The notes below the pieces were generated by a model. That model was not told the origin of the DNA, did not search any database, and worked only from the letters and a program-made list of their open reading frames with translations. A stretch of 64,000 nucleotides of DNA from Sphyrna mokarran (lineage: Eukaryota): positions 79,732,001 to 79,796,000 of the forward strand of contig JAGIQG010000005.1 of NCBI GenBank assembly GCA_024679065.1, in the 5' to 3' direction. Of the stretch, positions 24,405-38,044 are shown piece after piece. The translations under genes were made by a program, and so were the position numbers. The number at the start of each line of letters is the position of its first letter. Positions within the stretch are counted from its first letter, which is position 1.

Positions 24405-25246
24405 TGTGATGCAAGTGTGCCTTTAAAAAATGCCTTTTTTAATCCTATGCTCTGCAGATTGTAAGCATTTTTTAAAAAATTTTGGCACCAACTGCCTACT
24501 TAATAATCCTTTTATTACTGTTTAAATGGGGTTTTGTTTATTTTTACTCCAGGCCTCATGTACTTTCTGGAATTTTTTATGAGCCTGACTTTTTGGAGGA
24601 AGAATGATTGACAGATGAAGTGGCAAGAGTCCTCACTTTCAGTTTTGGGCTGCTCGCTGCTGTCTTTTGGTTAGAAGCTGATGTGGTTTTCAAATTGCAG
24701 GAAGCTTTTCTCTCTCTCTCTATCCTCTCTGGTACTAGGGATTCTGCTGGCTAGCTCGAAGCAGGTCTTCTTGCCTTCCTGGAGTGAGAATTCTGTTTCT
24801 TGTAGTGATTTGCTGGCTAAAAGCTAGAGGCCAGTAGTGGCATTTTCTCAGGCTGCTGGATGTTACAAAGCTGGGAATTCAGAGTTTCAATTCTCTAACA
24901 AAACGACTAAATTCAAGCATCATTTGAGCATTTGTATTTTCTGTGACAATAAACTTGTGACAATGGTCTGTTTTAAAGAGGTTTGTTTGGTTGGAGCATT
25001 TCATATAGTTAAGGTTTATACAATACCATAGTTGATTTTTCCTTGTTTATAATTAGTAAAAGTTATTGCTATATATTAACTGTATTCTGAAATAAACTAT
25101 GTTTGATAAAAAGTCCATACTGGGTCATTTGAATCATGCCTGAAGTGAAACATCACATGCTTACCCCAGCCAAATTCAAGTTGCAAAACTTATGATCCAA
25201 GCAGACTTCATAAAACACTTTGGAGTTTTTGACTTGAATTACAACA
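24405..25246 (+). mobile_element. Solo LTR (unassigned LTR retrotransposon family)
   Basis: Starts TGTGATG, ends CAACA, has an internal (CT)n and CTGAAATAAAC; collinear similarity with 49577-50363; no clear TSD. Confidence 0.7.
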
Positions 25247-25349
25247 GGAGGGAGAAACATAGGGCAGGATCCTCTGGTCATTCACGTACATCCTTACAGA
25301 ACTGGACATAATCTGAAACAAAACATCTTTAAAAGTTTAGTTTAAAGGG

Positions 25350-28300
25350 GTAAGACATGACATGGGAATATCAAGATGTAGTCTGCTCTTCATGTTCCAT
25401 GTGGGAGGCTGGAAACATTTCCAGTGCCCAGGGCCAGCATGTGTGCAGGAAGTATCTGCAGCTACAGCTCATGGAAGCCCACATTTCAGATCTGAAGCAG
25501 CAGCTAATGGCACTGTAGAGCATCCGCGAGGCAGAGAGTATCCTGGATAGCATGTGTAGTGAAGTGGTTATACTGCAGGCTGAGACTCCACAGGCAGGAA
25601 GGGAATGGGTAGAACCAGAGATAGGACAAGAGAGTTAGGCAGGCAGTGCAGGAATCTCCTGAACTATTCCCCTGAAAAATGGAGATATCATTTTGGATAC
25701 TGTTGAGGAGATTGGCCTTTCAGAGAAAAACAGCAACAGCCAAATCTATTTCATCATGGTTGGTTTTGTGACAGAGAAGTAAAAACTGTGGGAATGCAAT
25801 AGTTACAGGGGATTTAATTGTAAGAGGAATAAATAGGTATTTCTGTGGCCACGAACGAGACTCCAGGACTTATGTCCTGGTGCTAGGGTCAGGATATCTC
25901 GGAGCAGCTGTAGGATATTCTGAAGGTGGAGGGTGAACAGCCAGTAGTTATAGTACACATTGATACAAACAACATAGATTAACAAAAAGGATGAGATCCT
26001 AAAAGTAGGATAGAGACAGCTGGGAAATAAGCTGAAAAGTAAGATCTCAAAGGTAGTTATCTCAGGATTATTACCTGTGCCACATGCTAGTCAGTATAGA
26101 AACAGCAGGATACATAAGATGAATATGTGACTAATAAAGTGGTGTGAGGGAGAGGGTTTCAGTTTCCTGGGAAATGGGACCTGTACAAACTGGTCAGGTT
26201 ATACCTGGGTAGGATCAGGACTGATGTCCTTATAGATGCTAGGCTGGTGGGGAAGGGTTTAAACTAATATAGCAGGAGGATGGGAAACCTTTGCAAGAAT
26301 TCAAAGCAGGAGAAATTAAGAACAAGTGGAAAAAACAGTGAGGGGAATAAGGAAAGTGATAGGCAGAGGGATCGAGGACCAGCATTAGATAAGGACCAAG
26401 TAGAAAATAGTGGGAAAGGGAAAACAAATGTGCCCACTTGAAGGTTTTGTACCTGAATGCTCAAAACATTTGAAACAAAATGGATGAATTAGTTGTACAT
26501 ATTGTAAATGTTGGCATTACTGAGACATGGCTCCAAGGTGAGCACGATGGGAACTAAACATTGAGGGCTATTCAGTGTTTAGGAGGGACAGAAGGAGAGG
26601 AAAAGGTGGTGGAGTTGCATTATTGATTAAAGTTGTTTATTCCTGTTTGGAGCAAGCGTGGAAAGGGAATTGTAGCCAAACCATGATTTACAAGGGAAAT
26701 TAAAGATAGAGTCAGATTTGAAGAAAAAGCAATAGGCCTGAGGATTGGGAGAAGTTTAAAATTCATCAAAGGAGGACCAAGATATTGATTAAGAAGGGAG
26801 AAATAGAGTATGGAAGTAAACTAGTGGGGAATATAAAAACTGAACATAAAAGCTTCTACAGATATGTAAAAAGAAAAGGATTAACAAAAATGAATGTAGT
26901 CCCCTTACAGTTAAAAATAGGAAAATCCATAATTAGGAATAAAGAAATGATTAAGGAATTAATTTTGTGCTTTGCTTCAGTCTTCACAATGGAAGACATG
27001 AATAATATACCAGAAGTGCTGAGAGAAACATATTTTAGTGAGGAGCTGAAGGAAATGAGCGTTAGTAGAGTTTTGGGGAAACTGATGGGATTGAAGGTGG
27101 ATAAATCTCCAGGCCTGATAATCTTCATCCCAGAGTACTTAAGGTAGTGGCGCTGGAAATAATAGATCCATTGGTAATTATTTTCCAAAATTCTTTGGAC
27201 TCTGGAATAGTTCCTATAGATTGAAGGGCATCTAATGTAAACATGCTATTCAAAAACGGAGGTGGTGAGAAAATAGGGAAGAAGACCAGTGAGCCTAACA
27301 TCGGTACTGGGGAAGTTGCTAGACTTCTTATAGAGGTCTATAAAATAATGAGGGGCAGAGATTAGCTAGACAATCAATATCTTTTCCAAAAGATAGAGGA
27401 GTCTAAAACTAGAGGGCATATGTTTAACATGAGAGGAGAGAGATAACAGAAGTGTCCGGAGGGGCAATTTTTTCACCCAGAGGGTGATGAGAGTCTGGAA
27501 CAATCCGCCAGAGGTAGCTTGTTCCAGAGGCAGGTGCAATTTTGTCTTTTAAAGAGCATTTAGACAGTTACTTGGGTAAGATGGGTATAGAGGGATATGG
27601 GCCAAATGCCGGCAATTGGGATTAGCTTAAGGGTTTAAGAAAAAGGATGGCATGGACAAGTTGGGCCAAAGGGCCTGTTTCCATGCAGTAAGCCTCTATG
27701 ACTCTATGTAACTTGTAGAGTTGACCGAAGAGAACGAGTGGATGCAGTTTATTCAGACTTTTGATAAGATCTCACATAACAGAGTCAAAGCACATGGGAT
27801 TAATATCTTGAGATGGATAGAAAGCTAGTTAGCAGATAGGAGGCAAAGAGTTGGTTGCATAAATGAGTCTTTTTCTGATTGCAGTCATTGACAAATGGAG
27901 TTCCACAGGGATCTGTGCTGGGACCCCAACTGTTCACATTATACGTTAATGTTTTGGAAGAGGAAACTGAATGTATTATCTCCAAATCTGCAGGTGATAC
28001 AAAATTAGGTGAGAGGGTGAGCTGTGAGGAGAGTGCAGAGATGCTTCAGTGTGATTTGGACAGGCTGAATGTATGGGCATCTGCATGGCAGATATGGATC
28101 TATTTGAGGTTATCCACTTTGGCAGCAATAATAGAAAGACTTCTTAAGTGGGTGTTAATTGAGAGAGGTGGATACTCAATGAGACCTTGGTATCCTCATG
28201 CATCATTTGCTGAAAGTAAGTGTGCAGGTACAGCAGGCAGTAAAAAAGGCAAATGATATTTTGACTTCATAGCCAGAGGATTTGAGTATTGGGAAAGGGA

Positions 28301-28880
28301 TGTTTTGTTGCAGTTGTGTAGGGTGTTGGTGGGGCCACATTTGGAATATAGTGTACAATTTTGTTGCCTTTATCTGAGGAAGGATGTCCCTGCTTAGGGG
28401 AGTACCACAAAGGTTTCCTAGGCTGATTCCTGGGGTGGCAAATCTGTTATATGAGGAGAGACTAAATCAGTTCGGATTATAGTCATTGGAGCTTAGAAGA
28501 GTGAGAGGGGATCTGAAGAAACTTTTAAAAATTCTAACACGGTTAGACAGGATAGATTCAGAAAGAATGTTCCCAATGATGGAGGAATACAGAACTAGAG
28601 GTCTTAATTTGAGGATAAGGAGTAAACCTTTTAGAATTGAGGTAAGAAGAAATTTCTTCATCCAGAGGGTCGTTAATACGTGGAATTCACTACCACAGAA
28701 TGTAGTTGAGGCCAAAATGTTGTCTGACCAAGAAGAAATCAGAAATAGCTCTTGGGGCCAAAGGGATCAAGGAACATAGTGGGAAGGAGGGAATCAGGAT
28801 ATTGAATTTGATGATCAGCCATGGTCAAGATGAATGATGGGGCAAGCTCAAATGGCCAACACCTGCATCTGGTTTCTATA
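25350..28880 (+). mobile_element. Near full-length but internally deleted, degraded CR1 LINE (ORF1 zinc finger/esterase, ORF2 EN and RT, 3' UTR)
   Basis: CVCRKYLQLQL..ISDL (ORF1), IVHIDTN, LYLNAQNI (EN), [55 protein letters not shown]. Confidence 0.9.
27325..27708 (+). mobile_element. Short CR1 3' end nested (same orientation) in the CR1 at 25350-28880
   Basis: LIEVYKIMRG..KTRGH..; tail CTCTATGACTCTATG; related to the reverse complement of 33873-34240. Confidence 0.85.
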
Positions 28881-28889
28881 TCTTCCTTT

Positions 28890-29810
28890 CAATTTTGCCA
28901 CTTTTGGTATCTTCAGCAAACATATCCCCTATGTTTAAGTCCAATTCACTGATATGTACCACAATAAACTAAGGGACCAAACTCAGAATCCTGGAAACAG
29001 CCTTCCAGTCACAAAAACATCTATAAACCATTATCCATTGCTTCCTACCACTGAGCCAGTTTTGAATCCAACTTGTCTCTTTCTCTTGGATCCCATGAGC
29101 TTTCATTTTTCTGACCTATCTGTTACATGGGACTTAGACAAGGGACTTGCTAAATTCTGTGTTGATTGTGTCAAATATTCTACTCTTCTTACTGCTTCCT
29201 CCAAAAATTCATATCCCAAAGTAATTTCATTTTAACTTTTTGTAATTAATTTTCCAGTTTATTTTTATTATCAATGATATAGGCCTCCTCACATTGTTTC
29301 AGACAGGTCCTGCAACACCTTCAATTGTTATCTGTATCTCACGTGCATTCTTTGGTGCAGTGTCCAGTCAGGTTTAAAATGAAATGTCTTTCAACCTTCT
29401 TCAGCGATCATTAAGCTTAAATGCAGCCAATTTAAATACTTAGTCAATATACACTCAGCCATTCCATTAGACTAGAAGAAACAGGAGCAGAATTGGGTCA
29501 CTTGGTTCACCAAATCTGCTCCACTATTCGATCTTGGCTGATATGTTTCTTAACCCCATTCTCCTGTCTTTTCCCTGAAACTTTTGGTTCCCTTACCAAT
29601 CAAGAACCTATCTATCAATGACCTAGTCTGCACAACCTTCTGTGACAATTAATTCCATAGATTTACCACACTTTGGCTGAAGAAATTCCTTCTCAGTTCA
29701 GTTCGAACGGATCATCTCTTTACTCTGAGGTGGCGCCCTCAGGTCCTAGACTCTCCTACTAACAGAAACGTCTTCCTCATGTCCACTCTATCCAGGTCTT
29801 TCAGAATTCA
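28890..29810 (-). mobile_element. Two old CR1 fragments (RT core ~28890-29200; 3' end ~29470-29810)
   Basis: Reverse complement shows KFAEDT/LVP remnants, and LRVKR..FELN.EGISSAKVW-like 3' sequence related to 36000-36360. Confidence 0.6.
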
Positions 29811-30081
29811 TGCTCTCTAAACACTTCAATTTAAACGCCAGGAAAGATCTTCAAGTGTAAGCATGCACGTTGTCTATTAAATGTAAGAATCAAGTAGCAG
29901 CCAGGCAGTGCTTATCCAGAACTGCTTGGCTGGAACCTACACTGCAATCACCAGCTTGCACTAAATAGAACAAAGCCATCGATGACATCTCAACTGTGAA
30001 GTCTCTTCTCATGCAACTCAGAAAGGTATCTCAGAATAGCACCTCCACAGTGACTTTCTTGCCTTTGTTTTTACTTCCACT

Positions 30082-30144
30082 TGTGATGGAGTGGATGGCA
30101 CGAATGAATATGTGATGAAGTGGATGGCACGAATGAATATGTGA
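30082..30144. repeat. 29-bp tandem duplication (2.2 copies)
   Basis: TGTGATG(G/A)AGTGGATGGCACGAATGAATA twice plus TGTGA, one mismatch. Confidence 0.95.
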
Positions 30145-30611
30145 CGACTAATCATGATTCAGTTCATCAAAATGTGCGTGTGTGTGTGTGGGGGGGGGGG
30201 GGTTGGTGGAAAGGGGGCACTCAGATGGTGGGGGAGAAAGAAAGAATCCTACTGTAAACTTATAATATTACTGTTCCCACTTTCCATCCAGAGGCAAATG
30301 TGAAAGAAGTCATTGGTACAGCTGTGCCAGCATCAGCATATATTTACACACAAAAAGCTGTGCCATTCTTAACTCCTTCTCTATGCTCATGGGAAGGTTA
30401 ACAGAAAGACTGGGCCGCAGATTTGACATTTAAGAGGAAAGGATTCTCAGTCAAATGCTAAGTGATGAAAAATGTGAAAGTCAGCAGATTCACAATAAAA
30501 TGTGGAACAAATCTTCAATCTGCTGTGTCAGTACAAAATGTGAATAATGGTCATTCTCCATCACATGATTTTGTTTTAAAGTGTCAATTCATGATTAAAA
30601 TAGAAAAAGAA

Positions 30612-31075
30612 AACTTGCACTGACGTAGTATTTCTCATCATCCCTGGATGTCTCACAGCACTTTACAGTGAAGTAATGTATATTGAAGAGTGTGGTCACC
30701 GTTGTAATGTAGGTAATGCAGCAACCAACATGCGCCCAGCAACCTCCCATAAACAGTGTGATAGCAAGCCACATCATGCTTCTGTGATATTGGCTGAGGG
30801 ATCAATATTGGTGATAGGACACTGCGGAGAATTCCCCTGTTCTTGTTAGAAATAGCGCCCTGGTTTCTCTCCCATCCATCTGTGCAAGGCAGAGAGAGAC
30901 AGAGACAGCCTCAAGTCCAAAGGTTCACCCAAAAGATGGCACCTCCCACAGTGCAGCATTCTCTCAGTGCTGCACTGGAGTGTGAGCCTGGATTTTTGTG
31001 CTCAAGTCTGCAGTGGGACTTGAACCTGGAACCTAGTGATTCAAAGGCAAGAGTGCTAACAACTGAGAAGAGAAC
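30612..31075 (-). mobile_element. Deu-domain SINE (SacSINE1/AmnSINE-like) with tRNA-derived head and L2-like tail
   Basis: Minus strand: CTCAGTTGTTAGCACTCTTGCC..GGTTCAAGTCCCACT head (A/B boxes), GTGCTGCACTG/GGAGGTGCCATCTTT core, tail GTAAAGTGCTGTGAGACATCC..TACGTCAGTGCAAGT. Confidence 0.75.
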
Positions 31076-31439
31076 GAACTGAAATCAGTAGCTCATCTGC
31101 ACAGAAAGACTAAACTGGGTGAAAATCTAAGGTAAAATGAAAAGAAGGAAAGTAAGGATTTCTGACAATATAAACTTGAGGCATTTAAACTGAATGTTTC
31201 AGCAGAAAGAATGAAATGAGGGGTGAGATAAAGAGCTGAATTGGAGAGGAGAGGAGAACCTGCACAGAATGAATGGGAGCTGGAGTGAGGGGAATACTGG
31301 AGAGTGAATGGCAACAAGTAAGTACGAGGCAGGCTGGATATTGGGGAGGTGGGAGGTGGGGGAAGAGCTGAGAAATACGAGGAGTGAACTGGTGAGGAGA
31401 CGAGTCTGCAAGAAGGTGACTGGGGAATGAATGAGTGAT

Positions 31440-31780
31440 TTCTCCTTCCCGGAGATGGAGATTTACCGGCCAGCCGTCAGGCTGCAACCGGGACCCTGAG
31501 CTGGGAGGGAGAGGGAGCGGGTAGCCCGGGGAGCAGGCACCTTGGTGCGGGGCAGCCCAGGTGAGGATCCGCCGGCGGACATCCTGCCCCCTTTCCCCGG
31601 TAAGTTGCCGTGAACTCGGGGGGGGGGGGGGGGGACACGAATGTATCAAACATGGCCGCGGAAAACTGCAGCTCTCTTTCCCCAAGCTGATCCCAGGCAG
31701 GCTTTAAATACCATCTCCTGCGACTGCCCGGGAATTCCCCGCTGCTCTGGGCAAAACCAGCGGCAGCAAGGGGGCCTCCT
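31440..31780. promoter_or_regulatory. CpG-island-like promoter / first-exon region
   Basis: The only non-repeat stretch with dense CpG and high GC; plus-strand donors CAG|GTGAGG (31560) and CCG|GTAAGT (31599); YY1-like AACATGGCCGC at 31649-31659; G17 run. Confidence 0.75.
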
Positions 31781-31926
31781 GCAATGGGGGACTGCCCTCT
31801 CTCTCTCTGTCCATTGGCTTTTAAACAGCCAGGGCAGAGTGAGCCCAGCTCTCTGCCTGCTCACTTTCTGGACAAGTTGCCGCAGGGTCCTTTTGCAGGC
31901 TGCCCCCCTCTCTCTCTCTCTCTGGT

Positions 31927-31933
31927 TATAAAG
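31927..31933 (+). promoter_or_regulatory. Candidate TATA box of a second, downstream start site
   Basis: TATAAAG following (CT)n tracts, with a pyrimidine-rich initiator-like stretch about 25-30 nt downstream. Confidence 0.35.
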
Positions 31934-33084
31934 AAGCAGCCTCTACCTCTCCCCTCCTTTGAAGTCTCTAAACCCACATTTCTCAGAAGTGGGGAGCCAA
32001 CCGAGTTTCCTTCGAATAGACTGATGTGAACGATTAGCATTTTTTAACAGTTGGACACAGCAGCTGGAATACTGCTTGGGAACTTGTCATACTCTTTTAC
32101 GAGAGGGGAATTGATGTTGATATGAAGTAACTCGGAAGTACATGTCTACGTTGATTTCAATTGACGACACAAGGTTCCTTTTTGCCGGGCCTGGAGTTGT
32201 GTGTTTGAAGTGGTTTTGTGGAGAACTTGTACAACTTCATTCCGGCTGTGTGCGGGGACTTAGATGCCTGTGCATCTCATTTGTTCTCTCGTTCCCCCTG
32301 AGTTGTGGAATGTGGTATTAATGGATCAATTATTTTTGTATGATGTGACGAGAAGACGAGTAGATCCTCATTCAGTTCATTGGTTACAAGAAAATGTAGC
32401 CAAAAATGAGAGAAAATGTAAACAAGCAGTGAATCAAAATATTAGTTGACCATGAAATGTTGATTTACTCTTCTGGCTATATTTTAGAACCGTATTAAAC
32501 TGGTGTACATTATAATACAGAGAACTGATGTTTGCGTACAATCAGGGTATTGAAAATATCAGGGGAAACAAATTTTATTCCTGTTTTGAAATCTTTATGT
32601 TGCATTGTGTTTTTGGGCTATACTTTTCAGCAGACACACGGCAGCAATAACACTGCTGATGACGAATTTCCCAAAACACTGAAAAATAGGAAACATCAAC
32701 TCTGCAACGTGACAAACAATTTGTTCGGATGGTCAACCTTATTACTTAGATCCCTGTGCTTGTAACAGAGTTGCTATCTAAACACCACTTTTAAATTTGG
32801 CAGATCTGTAAAGTCAATCTTGTCGCTGAAATTCCATTGCGAAAACTCCCTCTGGGTTAGGGTTGTTCACTGTAACAGTATTCGGGTGGTGTAAACTGTG
32901 TATTGGCATCTTTGTTCTGTTTCTATGGTATTGGATTTCAAAGGTGTGCTTGAATGCATATACTTCAGGCAAGGAAAGTGAAGCACATTTCCGTGTTGTG
33001 ATCCTATTTATGCCTTTACTCATACGAAGTGGATTACATTTACTGCATTTGCAGCAGAGAGTTAATTATCTAGTATCGAAATTT

Positions 33085-33392
33085 CATAGAATCCCTACTC
33101 TGCGGAAGGAGGCCATTCGGCCCATTGAAGTGTGCACTGACTACACTTCCACCCAGCTCCTGTCCCCATAAGCCACGTATTCACCTGCTAATCCCCTTGA
33201 CACCAAGGGCAATTTAGCATGGCCAATTCACCTAACCTGCATATCTTTGGACTGTGGGAGGAAACTAGGGCACTCGAAGGAAACCCACGCAGACGCGGAA
33301 GAATGTGCAAACTCCACACAGACAGTGACCCAAGCCGGGAATTAACCTGGTCCCTGGAGCTGTGAGGCAGCAGTGCTAACTACCGTGCCACC
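33085..33392 (-). mobile_element. HE1-type V-SINE, well preserved
   Basis: GGGTGGCACGGTAGTTAGCACTGCTGCCTCACAGC head on the minus strand; tail GGGATTCTATG. Confidence 0.92.
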
Positions 33393-35609
33393 CTTGTGTG
33401 TGCTTCATACAGTAATGCCTGATAATTTTAAAACTGTAGTTGAGTCTCCAGTATCTCCTGATTGTTCATGAACCACTTTCTAAAATCTTCTGTTGAATCG
33501 AAAGATCATAGTAACTCCCAGAATAAACTTTTGTCGCTGCTGTTGAATTTCAGGGATTTGTTGACTGTTACAAAAGACCTGTAGTTAAACTCCTGCTTGT
33601 GAACGATGAGCCATTCACGCCTATAAAAGAACACATAATTCAGTCATTGTTGAAAGCCTCAGTTTATGTAGTGGATACTTGATGTATTTACAAAGCAGTT
33701 GTTGGATATAGATTAAGCCATAAAAGTAGTGATTGAGTGGTTTATGTTTGTTAGCTGAACCTTTTAAAACCTTATTATTGGATTGTAATTCATTTATAGT
33801 TGAGAAACCAATCAGATTGCATCGGCAATAATGGAGCATGATAGCCAGCAAAACAATTTTTTAAATTCCCAGGTCACAGAGTCATAGAGGTTTGCAGCAT
33901 GGAAGAGGCCCTTTGGTCCAACTTGTCCATGCCATCTTTTTTTTTAAATCCCTAAGCCAATCCCAATTGCCACCATTTGATCCATATCCTTCGATACCAA
34001 TCTTACTGATGTAACCGTCTAAGTGCTTTTTAAAAGACAAAATCATACCCGCCTCTACTGCTACCTCTGGCAGCTTATTTCAGACACTCACCACCCTTTG
34101 TAAGAAAAAAATTGCCTGTCTGCACCCTTCTCACCTTAAACCTATGCCCTCTAGTTTTAGACTCCCCTACCTTTGGGAAAAGATTTTGACTATCTTGCTG
34201 GTCAGTGTCCCTCATTATTTTATAGACCTCTATAAGATCAGCCCTCAGCCTCCTACGCTCGAGATAAAAAAGTCCCAGTCTATCCAACCTCTCCATATAA
34301 CTCAAGCCATCAAGTCCCGGTAGCATCTGAGTAAATCTTTTCTGCACTCTTTCTTCTTAATAATAGCCTTTCTATAATAGGATGACCAGAGATATACACA
34401 GTATTCCAAGCATGGCCTTACCAATATCTTGTATAACTTCAACAAGATGTTTCAACTCGTCTTTTCAATGTTCTGACCAATGAAACCAAGCATGCTGAAT
34501 GCTTTCTTACCACTCTATCCACCTGTGACTCCACTTTCAAGGAGCTATGAACATGTACTTCTAGATCTCCTTGTTCTGTAACTCTCCCCAGTGCCGTACC
34601 ATTAACTGAATAACTCCAGCCCTGGTTCAATCTACCAAAATGCATCACCTTGCATTTATCTAAATTAATTTCCATCTGCCATTCAGCAGTCCATTGGCCC
34701 AATTGATGAAGATCCCATTGTAATTGAAGATAATTTCCTTCATTGTCCACTATACCACCAATCTTGGTGACATCTGCAAACTTACTAACCATGCCCCTTT
34801 ATATTCTCATCCAAACCATTAATATAAATGACAAATAACAGTGGACCCAGCACTGATCCCTGAGGCACACGAGTGGTCACAGGCCTCCAGTTTGACAAAC
34901 AACCCTTTACAACCATTCTCTGGCTTCTGTAAAGAATCCTGGATCCTGTGAGATTTATGTGGGACCTTGTCAAATGCCTTGCTAAATTCCATGTAGACAA
35001 TATCAACTGCACTGCCATTGTCTATCACCTTGGTTACCCCTTCAAAAAACTCAATCAAATTTGTAAGACATGATTTTCCACTCACAAAGCCATGCTGACT
35101 GTCCCTAATCAGTCCTTGCATCTCTAAATGCCTGTAGAACCTGTTTTTCAAAATACTTTCCAACAACTCACCCACCACAGATGTGAGACTCACTGGTTTG
35201 TAGTTCCCAGACTTTTGCCTGTAGTTGTTTTTAAACAAGGCATAACATTTGCCACCCTCCAACCTTCAGGCATCTCACCTGTGACTATCAATGATTCAAA
35301 TATCTCTGCTAGGGGATCCGCAATTTCCTCCCTAGCCTTCCATGATATCCTGGGATACACTTCATCAGGTCCTGGGAATTTATCTACCTTGATGCACTTT
35401 AAGACTTCCAGCACCTCTTTCTCTGTAATATGTACACTCCTCAAGCCATTACTATTTATTTCCCCAAGTTCCCAAACATCCATGCTTTTCTCAATAGTAA
35501 ATTCTGATGAGAAATATTCATTCAGGATCTCGCCAATCCCTTGTGGATCTGCGCAGAGATTAAGTTATTGATCTTTAAGAGGCCCTACTCTCTCCCTTGT
35601 TACTCTTTT

Positions 35610-38044
35610 TCATCAATATTCACACAGGAAAAAGACAATGTTGTTGAGGAGGATACTGAGATACAGGCTATTAGACTAGACGGAATTGAGGTTCATAAGG
35701 AGGAGGTGTTAGCAATTCTGGAAATAGACAAATCCCCTGGGCCGATGGGATTTATCCTAGGATTCTCTGGGAGGCAAGGTTGCAGAGTCTTTGTCTTTGA
35801 TCTTTATGTTATCATTGTTTACAGGAATAGTGCCAGAAGACTGGATGTTAGCAAATGTTGTCCCCTTGTTCAAGAAGGCGAGTAGAGACAACCCTGGTAA
35901 CTATAGAACAGTCAGCCTTACTTCTATTGTAGACTAAGTTTTGGAAAGGATTATAAGTGATAAGATTTATAATCATCCAGAAAAGAATCATTTGATTCAT
36001 AAGAACATAAGAAATAGGAGCAGGAGTAGGCCATCCAGGCCTTCGAGCCTGCCCCGCCATTCAATAAGATCATGGCTGATCTGTGGTGGTTCAATACCAC
36101 TTTCCTGCTTTCTCCCCGTAACCCTTAATTCCCTTGTCAATCAAAAACCTATCCACTCTTGACTTGAACATATTCAGCAAGGAAACCTCCACCACCTCCT
36201 CAGGCAGAGAATTCCAAAGGTTCACCACCCTTTGCGCGAAGAAACTCCTCCTCAACTCTGATCTGAACCATCGTCCCCCACCAATCTTGAGGCTGTGCCC
36301 TCTAGTCATGCTATCTTTGCTAAGCGGGAAGAGTCTCTCAACCTCTACCCTATCCATCCCCTTCGTTATCTTATATGTTTCTATAAGATCCTCTGTCAGT
36401 CTTCTAAACTCCAAAGAGTACAAACCTAGCTTATTCAGTCTCTCCTCATAATCCAACGCCCTCATCTCTGGCATCAGCCTAGTAAACCTTCTCTGCATCC
36501 CCTCCAAGGCCAATATATCCTTCCTTGAATGCAGCGACCAAAATTGCACACAGTACTCCAACTGCGGCCTCACCAGCACCCTATACAGCTGCAACAGAAC
36601 CTCCCTACTTTTATATTCTATCCCCCGAGCTATAAAGGCTAACATTGCATTCGCCTTCTTAATCACCTGCTGCACCTGCATACTGTGTTTTTGCGATTCG
36701 TGCACAAGGATCCCCAGGTCCCTCTGCACCATCGCACGCTGCAGCTTTTCACCATTTAAATAATAATCCTTCCTACCATTATTCCTACCAAAGTGGAGAA
36801 CCTCACACTTGCTAACATTATACTCCATAGGGATAGTCAACACAGTTTTGTGAAGGGTAGATTGTGCCTCATAAACCTTATTGAGTTCTTTGAGAAGGTG
36901 ACCAAAGAGGTGGATGAGGGTAAATCAGTTGATGTGATGTTATGGATTTCAGTAAAGTGTTTATTAAGGTTCCCCAGAAAATTGCAGAAAATATGAAGGC
37001 ATGGGATTGAGTGTGATTTAGTGGTTTGGATCTGAAATTGGCTAGCTGTAAGAAGACAGAGAGTGGTAGTTGATGGGAAATGTTCATCCTGGAGCTCAGT
37101 TACTAATGGTGTACCACAAGGATCTGTTTTGGGGCCACTGCTGTTTGTCATTTTTATAAATGACCTGGATGAAGGCGTAGAAGGATGGTTTAGTAAATTT
37201 GCGGATGACATTAGTTGGTAGAGTTGTGGACAGTGCAGGTTACAGAGGGACATAGATAAGCTGCAGAGACATGGCAAATGGAGTTTAATGTGGAAAAGTG
37301 TGATTTACTTTGGAAGGAGTAACAGGAATACAGAGTATTGGGCTAATGGTAAATTACTTGGTTGTGTGGATGAGCAGAGAGACCTCGGTGTCCATGTGCA
37401 TAGATCCTGAAAGTTGGCACCAGGTTGGTAGAGTTATTAAGAAGGCATACGGTGTGTTAACTTTTATTGGTAGAGGGATAGAGTTTAGGAGTCATGAAGT
37501 CATGTTGCAGCTGTACAAAACTCTGGTGCGGTCGTACTTGGAGTATTGAGTAGCGTTCCGGTCGCCACATATAAGAAGGATGTAGAAGCATTGGAAAGGG
37601 TGCAGAGGAAATTTACCAGGATGTTGCCTGGTATGGTGGGAAGATCTTATGAGGACTTGGGGCTGTTTTTATTAGAGAGAAGAAGGTTAAGAGGTGACTT
37701 AACAGAGGCATACAAAATGATCAGAGGATTAGGTAGAGTGGACAGTGAGAGCCTCTTTCCTCAGATGGTGATGGCTAACATGAGAGGACATGGTTTTAAA
37801 TTGAGGGGTGAGGGATATAGGCCAGATATCAAAGGTAGGTTCTTTATTCAGAAAGTAATTAGCCATGGAATGCCCTGCCTGCAACAGTAGTGGACTTGCC
37901 AACATTAGGAGCATTTAAATGTTCATTAGATAAACATATGGATGATATTGGAATAGTGTAGGTTAGATAGACTTTAGATTGGTTTCACAGGTTGGCACAA
38001 CATCAAGGGCTGAAAGACTTGTACTGCGCTGCAGTGTTCTATGT
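35610..38044 (+). mobile_element. 5'-truncated CR1 inserted antisense into the outer CR1
   Basis: SSIFTQEKDNVV.., DSQHSFVKGR.., tail TGTTCTATGTTCT; TSD TCTTTT at 35604-35609 and 38045-38050. Confidence 0.92.
35998..36828 (-). mobile_element. CR1 3' portion of another subfamily, innermost element of the nest
   Basis: Open frame 36091-36828 (MEYNVSKCEVLHFG..GIKGYGEKAGKWY*), tail TTCTTATGTTCTTATG; the host reads TTTGATT|AGGGATAGT when it is removed. Confidence 0.92.

Noticed and set aside
31185-32029. ORFs over the CpG island
   Set aside because: They are Pro/Gly/Leu-rich products of GC-rich and (CT)n sequence with no recognisable protein.
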